From an uncultured Chloroflexia bacterium (GTDB taxonomy: Bacteria; Chloroflexota; Anaerolineae; Anaerolineales; Anaerolineaceae): DNA of 64,000 nt. Positions 28,936 through 37,604 of the stretch are shown here, piece by piece. Location: assembly GCA_963774925.1 (NCBI GenBank), contig CAVZGM010000003.1:7916-71915 (forward strand), written 5' to 3'. Both the position numbers and the translations under genes were made by a program. A model generated the notes under the pieces. The model was not told the DNA's origin. It was given only the letters and a program-made list of their open reading frames with translations, and searched no databases. Every line of letters starts with the position of its first letter. Within the stretch, counting starts at the first letter, position 1.

Positions 28936-29027
28936 AAAAGCTATTGTATCACAATGCAACCTGAAATTATACCCCCAGATAAAAAAAGCACCTTTTCCTT
29001 GTATACTTCAAACAGGAAGGAGTTCCC

Positions 29028-29988
29028 ATGACCAGAGAATCCCATAAACCCATCCGTATCGCGGTAGTGGGCACCGGCAACGTCGGTGCGACCTACGCTT
29101 ACGCTTTATTACAATCCGGTCTGGCAGGCGAGATCGTCCTCATCGACCGGAATCATACCAAGGCTGAGGGGGAAGCCATGGACCTGACCCACGCGGTTCC
29201 CCTCACCCATCCAACCAGGATCTGGGCAGGCGGCTACGAGGACTGCCGCGATGCAGCCGTTACCGTGATCACCGCGGGGACGAGCCAGAAACCCGGTGAA
29301 ACTCGCCTGGACCTGGTGCACCGCAACCTCGACATCATCAAGGGCATCGTCCCGGAAGTGGTCCGGCACAACCCCAACGGTATCCTGCTGATTGCCTCCA
29401 ACCCGGTGGATATCCTCTCTTACGCCAGCTGGAAGACCTCCGGGCTGCCAGCCGCGCGGGTGATCGGCTCCGGCACCATCCTCGACACTGCCCGCTTCCG
29501 CTCCATGATCAGCCAGCATGTCGGCGTTGAATCCCGCAGCGTGCACGCCTACATCATCGGGGAACATGGCGACAGCGAGGTGCCGGTCTGGTCGCTGGCG
29601 CATATCGCCGGCATGAACTTGCAGGAATATTGCCGCATGAACTGCCAGGATTATGAGCCCGGGGTTTTCGACAGGATCTTCCAAAACACCCGCGATGCTG
29701 CGTATCAGATCATCGAACGAAAAGGCGCGACCTATTACGCCATCGGGAGTGGATTGGTGCGCATCACGGAAGCCATCCTGCGCGGTCAGGATACGGTTCT
29801 CTCAGTATCAACACTCATCGAGGACTATTACGGCATCAATGATGTTTACCTCAGCCTTCCGTGCGTCATCGGGCACGAGGGCATCCAGCGCATCATGCGC
29901 CTGCAACTGAACGAGGAAGAACAAGCAGGGAATCCGCAAGTCCGCCAGGGTGTTAAAAGATACGTTGAGCGAACTCGCTCTCCCGTAA
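29028..29988 (+). CDS. ldh: L-lactate dehydrogenase
   Basis: GTGNVG and IGEHGDS motifs. A one-base frame break near 29930 hides the real C-terminus (GIRKSARVLKDTLSELALP-stop at 29986-29988) and creates the artificial 793-aa ORF. Confidence 0.9.
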
Positions 29989-30047
29989 CCTTGGCTTTTT
30001 TATCCTCTTGTATAATGAAGGAACGATCTCACCTGGAAGGGAAAAAC

Positions 30048-31386
30048 ATGGAAAAATCCTTAGTTCAACCAGAAACCTCTGAAAAGGATCACAAGATCCA
30101 GATCCGCGCCTGGACGATGTACGACTGGGCAAATTCCGCCTTTGTCACGACCATCATGGCAGCAGTCTATCCCATTTTCTATGCCAGCCTGGGCAACCCG
30201 GCAGATTCCGGCGCGATGATGACCTCGCGTTGGGGGTTCACCACCGCCATCGCGGCGTTGATCGCCGCTGTCATCAGTCCTGTCCTGGGGGCAGTGGCGG
30301 ATTACAGAGGCTCCAAGAAAAAGTTCCTCACCATTTTCATGATCCTCGGCGTGGTCGCCACCGCGCTGCTCTTCTTCCCCAACCAATCAGGGTCATGGTT
30401 GATCGCGTCCTTCATTTTCATCATCGCCAATATCGGTTTTGCCGGCAGTCTGGTGTACTACGATGCCCTGCTCCCGCATGTCGCCCGCGCGGATGAGATC
30501 GACCAGGTTTCCTCACGCGGCTACATGATGGGCTACATCGGCGGCGGCATCCTGCTGGCGGTCAACCTGGTGATGATCATGGTCCTGCCGAGCATCTTCC
30601 CCTCTCTCGGCGTCGGCTTGATGACCCGCCTGAGCTTCCTGACCGTCGCAGTGTGGTGGTTCGTCTTCACCCTCCCGCTCCTGCTTAAGGTCAAAGAACC
30701 TGTCCGCCGGATCGAACCGGGCGAAGAGGGAATGAGTCCGATCCAGGCGAGCTTTTCTCGTCTCGCGAAAACCTTCAAGGAATTGAAGAAGTACCGCGAT
30801 CTTTCTCTTGGGCTGCTTGCCTTCTGGGTGTACGCGAACGGTATCGGCACCATCATCACCATGGCAACCATATACGGCAAGGAATTGAAGTTCAGCGACA
30901 CGACCCTGATCGGCACGCTGCTGATGGTGCAATTCCTGGCTGCACCTTTCGCTTATCTGTTTGGCTGGTTATCCAAGAAACTGGGCATCAAGAAATCGCT
31001 TTACCTCTCTCTGGGTGTTTATTCCGTGATCGCCATCGCCGGGTATTTCCTGTACCAGGAATGGCAGTTCTGGGCGCTGGGAGCAGCGGTCGCCACCGTA
31101 CAGGGCGGCAGCCAGGCGCTTTGCCGCTCCATGATCGGGCACATGATGCCCAAGAGCAAATCAGCCGAATTCTACGGATTCTTCAGCGTGTTTGAGAAAT
31201 TCGCCTCCATCCTCGGACCGTTGATCTTTGGAGTGATCTCCAGCATCATGCACGAATCCAGGCTGAGCATCGCTGCGCTTGATCGTTTTCTTCGTGGTCG
31301 GTATCATCATCCTACGCAGCGTGAACATCCAGAGGGGTACGCAGGTCGCTCTGGAAGAAGAAGCTTTAATGGTCACCGCAGATTAA
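30048..31386 (+). CDS. MFS transporter, UMF1/Atg22-like family
   Basis: WTMYDWANSAF motif and about 12 TM segments. A frame break near 31280 hides the real tail (IVFFVVGIIILRSVNIQRG...TAD-stop at 31384-31386). Confidence 0.8.
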
Positions 31387-31568
31387 CTATCCGCGAATAC
31401 TTGGCATGAAAACAATGCCAGTACTTGTTTCACAAATTACACGAATTGATAAAAATCTCCCGAAGTTAACTTCTCCGGAGATTTGTCGCATAAGTTCAAA
31501 TCAAGTCTGGAACGAACGTTTCGATTCACGAATCACGGTTCTCAGTTTTCGATTCTCGATTTTCTGTC

Positions 31569-31974
31569 TTACCCAATCACTTCGTACAATTCGACCAGAA
31601 CGCCGCCGGTGCTCTTGGGATGGATGAAAGCCATCTTCCTGCCGGGCAGTTCCCTGGCGGTCTCATCGATCAGTCGAACACCCTTTTCCTTAACTCCGCG
31701 AGTTTCGCGGCGATATCGTCCACCTCGAAGCAGAGGTGATGCATCCCACCGCCCTTTTCCGCGAGGAATTTCGCCACGCCGGAATCATCAGTGGTGGGTT
31801 GACCAGCTCCACCTCGCTGTCGCCCAGCGGCAGGAACGCCACCATGGCTTTCTGGCTGGGGACGTCCTCCACGTGATGCAGGTCGATGCCCATCGCATCG
31901 CGCCAGAATTTCAGGGATTCTTCAATATCGCTGACAACAATTGCCACATGGTTGATCTTGGTTAGTTTCGCCAT
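31569..31974 (-). CDS. mce: Methylmalonyl-CoA epimerase (VOC/glyoxalase fold)
   Basis: KINHVAIVVSDIEESLKFW...GGGMHHLCFEVDDI...VLVELYEVIG. One-base break in a GGG run at 31796-31798. Confidence 0.8.
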
Positions 31975-31998
31975 CTTGATTCTCCTGTGAGTTTTGGT

Positions 31999-33234
31999 CT
32001 ATCCCCAAACGGGCGGCTGGTATTCGCCCCAGACTTTCCGGAGCAGTCCGCAGATCTCTCCGAGCGTGAGGTCATTCTCCACGCATTCCACCAGCACCGG
32101 CATCAGGTTCTCCCTGCTCCGTGCAGTCTTTTCCAGCACAACCAACATCTCTCCGACCTTCTGGTTGTCCCTGACCTTGCGCAGTTCCGCCAGCCTTGCC
32201 TTTTGATTCATTTCGATCGAGGGATCGACCTTCAACCGTTCCAGGTCAATGGGATCGTCTGCCAGGAAGGCGTTGACACCCACCACGATCTGTTCCTTGG
32301 ATTCAATGGCTTTTTGATAACGATAAGCAGAATCCTGGATCTCGTTCTGCATGTACCCTTTTTCGATGGCAGAAAGCGCGCCGCCCATGTCGTCGATCTT
32401 GCGGATGTAAGCCATCGCCCGATCGCAGATCTCATCGGTCAACTGCTCAATCAAATATGACCCACCCATCGGGTCGATCGTATCCGCCACTCCAGATTCA
32501 TAGCCAATGATCTGTTGGGTGCGCAGTGCGGTGCGCACCGATTTCTCGGTCGGCAGCCACAGGGCTTCGTCCTTCGAATTGGTGTGCAGGGACTGCGTCC
32601 CGCCCAGGACTGCTGCCAGCGCCTGCAATGTGACGCGCACGATGTTGTTCTCTGGCTGCTGCGCGGTCAGGGTGGACCCGCCGGTCTGGGTGTGGAAGCG
32701 CAGCATCCAGGATTTTGGATCCTTCGCGCCAAAGCGTTCGCGCATGATCTGCGCCCAAAGCCTGCGCGCGGCGCGGAACTTGGCAATCTCTTCGAGGAAA
32801 TCGTTGTGCGCCGCGAAGAAGAAGGAAAGCTGTGAGGCAAAATGGTCAACTTCAAGCCCCGCGTCGATAGCTGCCTGTGTGTATGCGATGCCGTCCGCCA
32901 GAGTGAACGCCACTTCCTGCACCGCCGTAGAACCGGCTTCGCGGATGTGATAACCGGAGATGCTGATGGTGTTCCAGTTGGGCACTTCCTTCTCGCAATA
33001 CTGGAAGATGTCCGTGATCAGGCGCAGCGAAGGCGTCGGCGGGAAGATATAAGTTCCCCGCGCGACATATTCCTTGAGAACGTCATTCTGGATGGTCCCG
33101 CGCAGCTCCCTGGAGGACACACCGTTCTTTTTTCCCACCGCGATGTACATCGCCAGCAGCACTGCCGCCGGGGCGTTGATGGTCATGCTGGTAGAAACTT
33201 TATCGAGCGGGATCTGGTCGAATAACCGCTCCAT
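31999..33234 (-). CDS. Methylmalonyl-CoA mutase catalytic (large) subunit, C-terminal piece; no B12-binding domain
   Basis: Substrate-barrel motifs ([36 protein letters not shown]). Ends after the barrel and linker. Confidence 0.9.
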   Translation of the reverse strand: MERLFDQIPLDKVSTSMTINAPAAVLLAMYIAVGKKNGVSSRELRGTIQNDVLKEYVARGTYIFPPTPSLRLITDIFQYCEKEVPNWNTISISGYHIREAGSTAVQEVAFTLADGIAYTQAAIDAGLEVDHFASQLSFFFAAHNDFLEEIAKFRAARRLWAQIMRERFGAKDPKSWMLRFHTQTGGSTLTAQQPENNIVRVTLQALAAVLGGTQSLHTNSKDEALWLPTEKSVRTALRTQQIIGYESGVADTIDPMGGSYLIEQLTDEICDRAMAYIRKIDDMGGALSAIEKGYMQNEIQDSAYRYQKAIESKEQIVVGVNAFLADDPIDLERLKVDPSIEMNQKARLAELRKVRDNQKVGEMLVVLEKTARSRENLMPVLVECVENDLTLGEICGLLRKVWGEYQPPVWG

Positions 33235-33647
33235 ATCGCCAGCGAGGAGATGGACACCCCCACCTTGCCAACCTCGCCGGTGGACATGCTGTCATCGGCG
33301 TCGTAGCCGATCTGGGTGGGCAGGTCGAACGCCACCGACAGACCGGTCTGTCCCTGTTCCAGCAGGAAGCGGTAGCGCTTGTTGGATTCTTCCGCCGAGG
33401 CAAACCCGGCGTACTGGCGCATTGTCCACAACCGGCTACGGTACATGGTCGATTGCACTCCCCGGGTGTACGGGTATTCCCCGGGAAACCCGAGTTTTTC
33501 CATGTAGTCGCCGTCGCCAGGCGTGGCGACTCTGGGAATCGGGATACCCGACTGGGTGGCAAACTCGGCTTTTCTTTCCTTAAATTTCGTCAGGACTGGA
33601 TTTACGGCACGTTCTTCCCACTGTTTCTTTTCATCTTCAAGGCTCAT
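33183..33647 (-). CDS. Methylmalonyl-CoA mutase catalytic subunit, N-terminal piece
   Basis: GEYPYTRG and [10 protein letters not shown] motifs. ATG at 33647. Break near 33190-33230. Confidence 0.9.
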   Translation of the reverse strand: MSLEDEKKQWEERAVNPVLTKFKERKAEFATQSGIPIPRVATPGDGDYMEKLGFPGEYPYTRGVQSTMYRSRLWTMRQYAGFASAEESNKRYRFLLEQGQTGLSVAFDLPTQIGYDADDSMSTGEVGKVGVSISSLAIWSGYSTRSRSIKFLPA

Positions 33648-33747
33648 ATTTTCCCTCGCAGAGTGAGATCTTTTGAGATTAGTATACACGGATTTAAGAT
33701 TTCGGAGATTCTGTAAATGGTAAAATACTCTTACCAAGGGAGAACGC

Positions 33748-34968
33748 ATGTCAGATTATTTACAACTGGTCCTGGAGATTACCATCATCCTGGTTGCCGC
33801 CAAGGCAGCCGGATACCTGAGCACCCGCTTCGGGCAGCCATCCGTATTGGGTGAACTTCTGGTCGGCGTCCTCCTGGGACCTTCCCTAATTGACATCACC
33901 CACCTCAAATTCGTGACCGATACCCACCTGGAGGTGGTGATCCATGAACTGGGGGAGATGGGCGTTCTCCTGCTCATGTTCCTCGCGGGTCTCGAATTAC
34001 ACCTCAGCGACATGCGCAAGAACACCCGCGTTGCCCTGCTGGCTGGTGTGCTGGGGGTTATCTTCCCGGTGGGGCTCGGCGTCCTGGTCGGGGAATTGTA
34101 CGGCATGGAATTCTCCCAATCCCTCTTCCTGGGGTTGACCTTGGGCGCGACCTCGGTCTCCATCTCGGCGCAGGTGCTCATGGAACTCAAAGTATTGCGC
34201 AGCAAGGTCGGGATGGGCTTGCTAGGCGCTGCCATCTTTGATGACGTCCTGGTCATCCTGCTGCTCTCCATCGCGGTGGCGTTTCTGTCAGGCGGCGGCA
34301 GCGTCCTGCAGATCCTGCTGGTTTTTGGGAAAATGCTCCTCTTCCTGGTCATCGCGGCTGCCTTTGGTCTTTACGCCCTACCCTGGCTCGTGCGGCACAC
34401 TGCCCGCCTGCAGGTAAGCCAGGGACTGACAACATTGGGGATCGTCGTGCTTTTCAGTTACGGGCTCGCCGCCGAACTGGTTGGCGGAATGGCAGCCATC
34501 ACCGGCACCTTTGTCGCCGGGTTGATGTTTGCCAGAATGCCGGAAAAATCGGCGCTGGAATCCAGCCTGCATTCCCTTGCCTACGCCTTTTTCATCCCCA
34601 TCTTCTTCGTCAGCATCGGGTTGAACGTGGACCTCAGGCTTATCACGGTGGACGTCTTCTGGATCCTCCTGGTGGTCTCCATCCTGGCGATCCTTGGAAA
34701 GGTACTCGGCGCAGGGGGTGGTGCGCTGCTGGCAAAGTTCAACCCGCGCGAATCCCTGCAGCTCGGCATAGGCATGGTCTCCCGCGGCGAGGTAGGGCTG
34801 ATCATCGCCCGCATCGGTCTGGGCTCCGGTTTTCTGGACAATAAAACCCTGACCATCATCGTGGGCATGATCCTGGTGACCACCCTGGTCACACCGCCCC
34901 TGCTGCGGGCGTCTTTCAAAGAGCCAAAACCGAAAAAACCCGCGCCACAGACCGACCCGGAACCTTAA
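33748..34968 (+). CDS. Cation:proton antiporter (CPA2/Kef-NapA type) without RCK/KTN domain
   Basis: Twelve to thirteen hydrophobic segments and Na_H_exchanger-type motifs. Ends in a short Lys/Pro tail. Confidence 0.85.
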   Translation: MSDYLQLVLEITIILVAAKAAGYLSTRFGQPSVLGELLVGVLLGPSLIDITHLKFVTDTHLEVVIHELGEMGVLLLMFLAGLELHLSDMRKNTRVALLAGVLGVIFPVGLGVLVGELYGMEFSQSLFLGLTLGATSVSISAQVLMELKVLRSKVGMGLLGAAIFDDVLVILLLSIAVAFLSGGGSVLQILLVFGKMLLFLVIAAAFGLYALPWLVRHTARLQVSQGLTTLGIVVLFSYGLAAELVGGMAAITGTFVAGLMFARMPEKSALESSLHSLAYAFFIPIFFVSIGLNVDLRLITVDVFWILLVVSILAILGKVLGAGGGALLAKFNPRESLQLGIGMVSRGEVGLIIARIGLGSGFLDNKTLTIIVGMILVTTLVTPPLLRASFKEPKPKKPAPQTDPEP

Positions 34969-34986
34969 GCGAATTAACCAAGGAGA

Positions 34987-35364
34987 ATGCTCATGTACAT
35001 GATCCTGTTTGTCCTTCACGATGTGGAAAAGCTGCCCGACATTCTTGAAAGTTGGAATCAAGTTGGTGTCAGCGGCATCACCATCTTCCCCAGCACCGGT
35101 CTGGCAAGACTGAAAAACGGGGACTTGCTGCGCGATGACCTGCCCCTCATCCCCAGCTTGGAAGATTTGCTGCACACCAGCGAGATCTCCAACCGCACGC
35201 TGATGACCCTGGTCAAAGGCGAAGCCATGGTCGAGAAGGTGGTGGCAGCCACCGAAGCGGTCATCGGAGACCTGGACGAACCCAACACCGGCATCCTCAC
35301 CGTCATTCCCGTGGCAAAGGTATACGGGCTGAACCGGAAAAAACTTGAAGAGCCCGGCGGGTAA
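34987..35364 (+). CDS. PII-like (ferredoxin-fold, T-loop-type) small protein
   Basis: beta-alpha-beta pattern MILFVLHD-EKLPDILESW-GITIFPSTG, a long loop, then TLMTLVKGEAMVEKVV...GILTVIPV. Lies 18 bp after the antiporter. Confidence 0.5.
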   Translation: MLMYMILFVLHDVEKLPDILESWNQVGVSGITIFPSTGLARLKNGDLLRDDLPLIPSLEDLLHTSEISNRTLMTLVKGEAMVEKVVAATEAVIGDLDEPNTGILTVIPVAKVYGLNRKKLEEPGG

Positions 35365-35415
35365 TGGGGGGGACCTGAGAATTGAGCTTTGAGGAAAATT
35401 GACCGCGGAAATTTC

Positions 35416-35444
35416 TTGACCGTTTGCGGGGGGTCTGGTAAAAT
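35416..35444 (+). promoter_or_regulatory. Sigma-70-type promoter of tRNA-Glu
   Basis: TTGACC, 17 nt, TAAAAT, ending 12 nt before the tRNA 5' end. Confidence 0.45.
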
Positions 35445-35456
35445 CTGTCCGTTAAT

Positions 35457-35529
35457 GCCTCCATCGTCTAGGGGACCAGGACGCAGCCCTTTCAAGGCTA
35501 AAACCGGAGTTCGAATCTCCGTGGAGGCA
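35457..35529 (+). tRNA. tRNA-Glu (anticodon UUC)
   Basis: Hand-folded cloverleaf: acceptor gcctcca/tggaggc, T-arm cggag-ttcgaat-ctccg, anticodon loop cTTTCaa. D-arm tcgtctagggg.ccaggac is typical of bacterial tRNA-Glu. No encoded CCA. Confidence 0.9.
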
Positions 35530-35740
35530 CAAAGACCGCCGCAAGGCGGTTTTCTTGTTAAAACCTGGATCTCGCTCTGCTCGAGAATCTCCGTGGAGGC
35601 ACAAAGACCGCCGCAAGGCGGTTTTCTTGTTAAACCTGGATCTCGCTCTGCTCGAGAATCTCCGTGGAGGCACAAAGACCGCCGCAAGGCGGTTTTCTTG
35701 TTAAAACCTGGATCTCGCTCTGCTCGAGAATCTCCGTGGA
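35530..35740 (+). repeat. Three tandem 71-72 bp units: terminator hairpin plus a copy of the tRNA 3' end
   Basis: Units 35530-35601, 35602-35672 and 35673-35740 (the last is truncated). Each is caaagaccgccgcaaggcggttttcttgttaaa(a)cctggatctcgctctgctcga + gaatctccgtggaggca, and the final 17 nt equal the tRNA 3' end. Confidence 0.9.
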
Positions 35741-35823
35741 TTAAAACTTTCAAGAGGTTGTTCCTAGGTTTTCAAATCTCGATTTTCGTTTCTCGGTTGT
35801 TTTCACCATGCTATAATCAAATC

Positions 35824-36057
35824 ATGAAATTAAAGGAAGAAATGAAGTCTTACAAGACTCGCTGGGCTGATGTTGACGCTGTGATCACTAAACAACGCCA
35901 GACTGCTTCCTTGGAATTACGCTGGCAGCAATTGAACTCGATTTACGCAATGGCAATCAGGTTAGGTCTGATTGTTAAGAATGACCTCGAAACAGAAGAA
36001 ACTCACACATGGGCAAAACTCAAAGAAAAATACCAAAATCAGTCGCTTCAGAAATAA
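35824..36057 (+). CDS. Hypothetical 77-aa helical protein
   Basis: ATG lies 6 nt after a TGcTATAAT extended -10 (35812-35817), so the mRNA is possibly leaderless. No motif recognised. Confidence 0.4.
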   Translation: MKLKEEMKSYKTRWADVDAVITKQRQTASLELRWQQLNSIYAMAIRLGLIVKNDLETEETHTWAKLKEKYQNQSLQK

Positions 36058-36605
36058 ACCCTCTCGTGTCTCCTATTCAGGCACTTCAAAGCCTGATCGA
36101 GAAATTTGAGGGACGCGGCGTCATTATTGGCGCTGTGGCAGCTAGCCTGCTAGGCACACCCCGTTTTACAAGCGATCTCGATGCTACCATACTCATTGGT
36201 TTGGATGACCTCCCGACATTACTCGTTGAAGCCTCAAAATTTGGAATTGAACCCAGGATTGAAGATGCAGTTGCCTTTGCGCGAAGGAGCCGGGTGCTTT
36301 TGTTACGCCATTCCGCGAGCAAAATCGACATTGACCTTTCTTTGGGGATCCTTCCTTTCGAAGTCGAAATGATCGAAAGAAGCCAATTGCTGGGAATTGG
36401 AGGAATGAAGATCCGTCTTCCAACCCCTGAGGATTTGATCATCATGAAGGCGGTCGCCAGCAGACCAAAAGACCTGGAGGATATCCGGGCTATCGCGGCA
36501 ACTCATCCGAACCTCGACCACGAACGGATTCACTTCTGGCTGGATCAATTTGCAGAAGCATTGGAAAAACCGGCACTGTGGCAGGAAATTGAAAAATTGT
36601 TGTAG
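36009..36605 (+). CDS. Putative nucleotidyltransferase (minimal NTase fold)
   Basis: GAVAASLLGTPRFTSDLDATI (G-x-PR-x-T-x-D-L-D) and a later PEDLIIMKAVASRPKDLEDI helix typical of DUF6036/MNT-like NTases. Start uncertain (GTG 36066 possible). Confidence 0.55.
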   Translation: MGKTQRKIPKSVASEINPLVSPIQALQSLIEKFEGRGVIIGAVAASLLGTPRFTSDLDATILIGLDDLPTLLVEASKFGIEPRIEDAVAFARRSRVLLLRHSASKIDIDLSLGILPFEVEMIERSQLLGIGGMKIRLPTPEDLIIMKAVASRPKDLEDIRAIAATHPNLDHERIHFWLDQFAEALEKPALWQEIEKLL

Positions 36606-36611
36606 AGATTG

Positions 36612-36746
36612 ACATCCGACACCAGAACGCAACCCTTTCAAGGCTAAACCTGGATCTCGCTAGGCTCGAGAATCTCCGTGGAGGCACTAAGACCGCTGCA
36701 AGACGGTTTTCATGTCAAAACCCGGACCTTGTTACACTCGAGATAC
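36612..36746 (+). repeat. Diverged pseudo-tRNA-Glu fragment plus one diverged copy of the 71-bp unit
   Basis: accagaacgcaaccctttcaaggctaaa matches the D/anticodon arm. It is followed by cctggatctcgctaggctcgagaatctccgtggaggca and ctaagaccgctgcaagacggttttcatg... Confidence 0.7.
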
Positions 36747-36852
36747 TATCAATAATTGTGTTCATTATCTAATTTATGGTGGTTCAATAGGGGCATAAAA
36801 TATTGTGTCCCAACATAATTTATAGGATTAATTTATCTTCTGAGATAATACT

Positions 36853-37532
36853 TCACCCATGCACCACCAGCACGAACTCGCCCTTGCGCCCGGCGGTCTG
36901 GCGCAGCACGCTCTCGACCTCTCCCCTGAACACGGTCTCGGTCGGCAGGGTCAGGTTATACGCCACGGTGACCCACTGCTTCTTGCCGAAGGTCTTTCCC
37001 ACGTCCTCCAGCAGCGCGCTCAGGCGGTAAGGCGTTTCCATCACCACCAGCGGCAGCCGTCAATCCTTTGTAACGCAGCAGCTCCGCGCGACGTTTCTCC
37101 GGCTCGCGCGGCAGGAAGCCGGTGAACACAAACCGTTTCAAGTTTCATATCCAGCACCGACAGCGCTGCCATCAGCGAGGACGCGCCTGGGACGGGCGTA
37201 ACCTTTACCCCCGAGCCCGCCGCCAGCTGGATCAGGTACGCGCCGGGGTCGGCGAACACCGGAGTGCCGCAATCCGAGAACAACGCCAGCGTCTCCCCGT
37301 TCAGCAGCCTTACTAATAGATCAGCCGCCTGTACTTCCTCGTTATGCTCGTTGAGCAGCAACAGCTCCTTGCCCGCGATGCCCAGCCGTTTGAGCAGCGT
37401 GCTGCCAGGCTTGTACTCCTCGCACACCACCGCGTCCGCGCTCTTGAGCACCTCAATGGCGCGCAGGGTGATGTCGTCGGGATTGCCGATGGGGGTGGAG
37501 ACGATGTACAGGGTACCGGGTTTTTTGGTCAT
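36853..37532 (-). CDS. rsmI: 16S rRNA (cytidine1402-2'-O)-methyltransferase, two frame breaks
   Basis: LYIVSTPIGNPDDITLRA...FSDCGTP...PGASS motifs. Pieces 37041-37532, 36956-37141 and 36853-37047. Confidence 0.85.
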
Positions 37533-37604
37533 TGCGCTTGCTCCTCCCAGTCATTTTAACTGCTTTTCCTTTTCCATCCAGAGCAATGTGATAGACTTGC
37601 ACTC

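Noticed and set aside
29028-31409. 793-aa ORF that looks like a lactate dehydrogenase fused to an MFS transporter
   Set aside because: Shifting one base near 29930 recovers a canonical LDH C-terminus with its own stop at 29986-29988. The transporter has its own ATG at 30048. The fusion is a frame-break artefact.
35530-35740. CRISPR array
   Set aside because: The whole 71-72 bp unit is repeated head to tail with no unique spacers. No cas genes are nearby, and the unit contains a tRNA fragment and a terminator.
35058-36057. Repeat-containing proteins (231 aa on the minus strand and the N-terminal 145 aa of the 222-aa plus-strand ORF) spanning 35389-35753
   Set aside because: These ORFs are translations of the tRNA gene and its tandem tRNA-3'-end/terminator units. 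Their periodic peptide repeats simply mirror the 71-72 bp DNA repeat.
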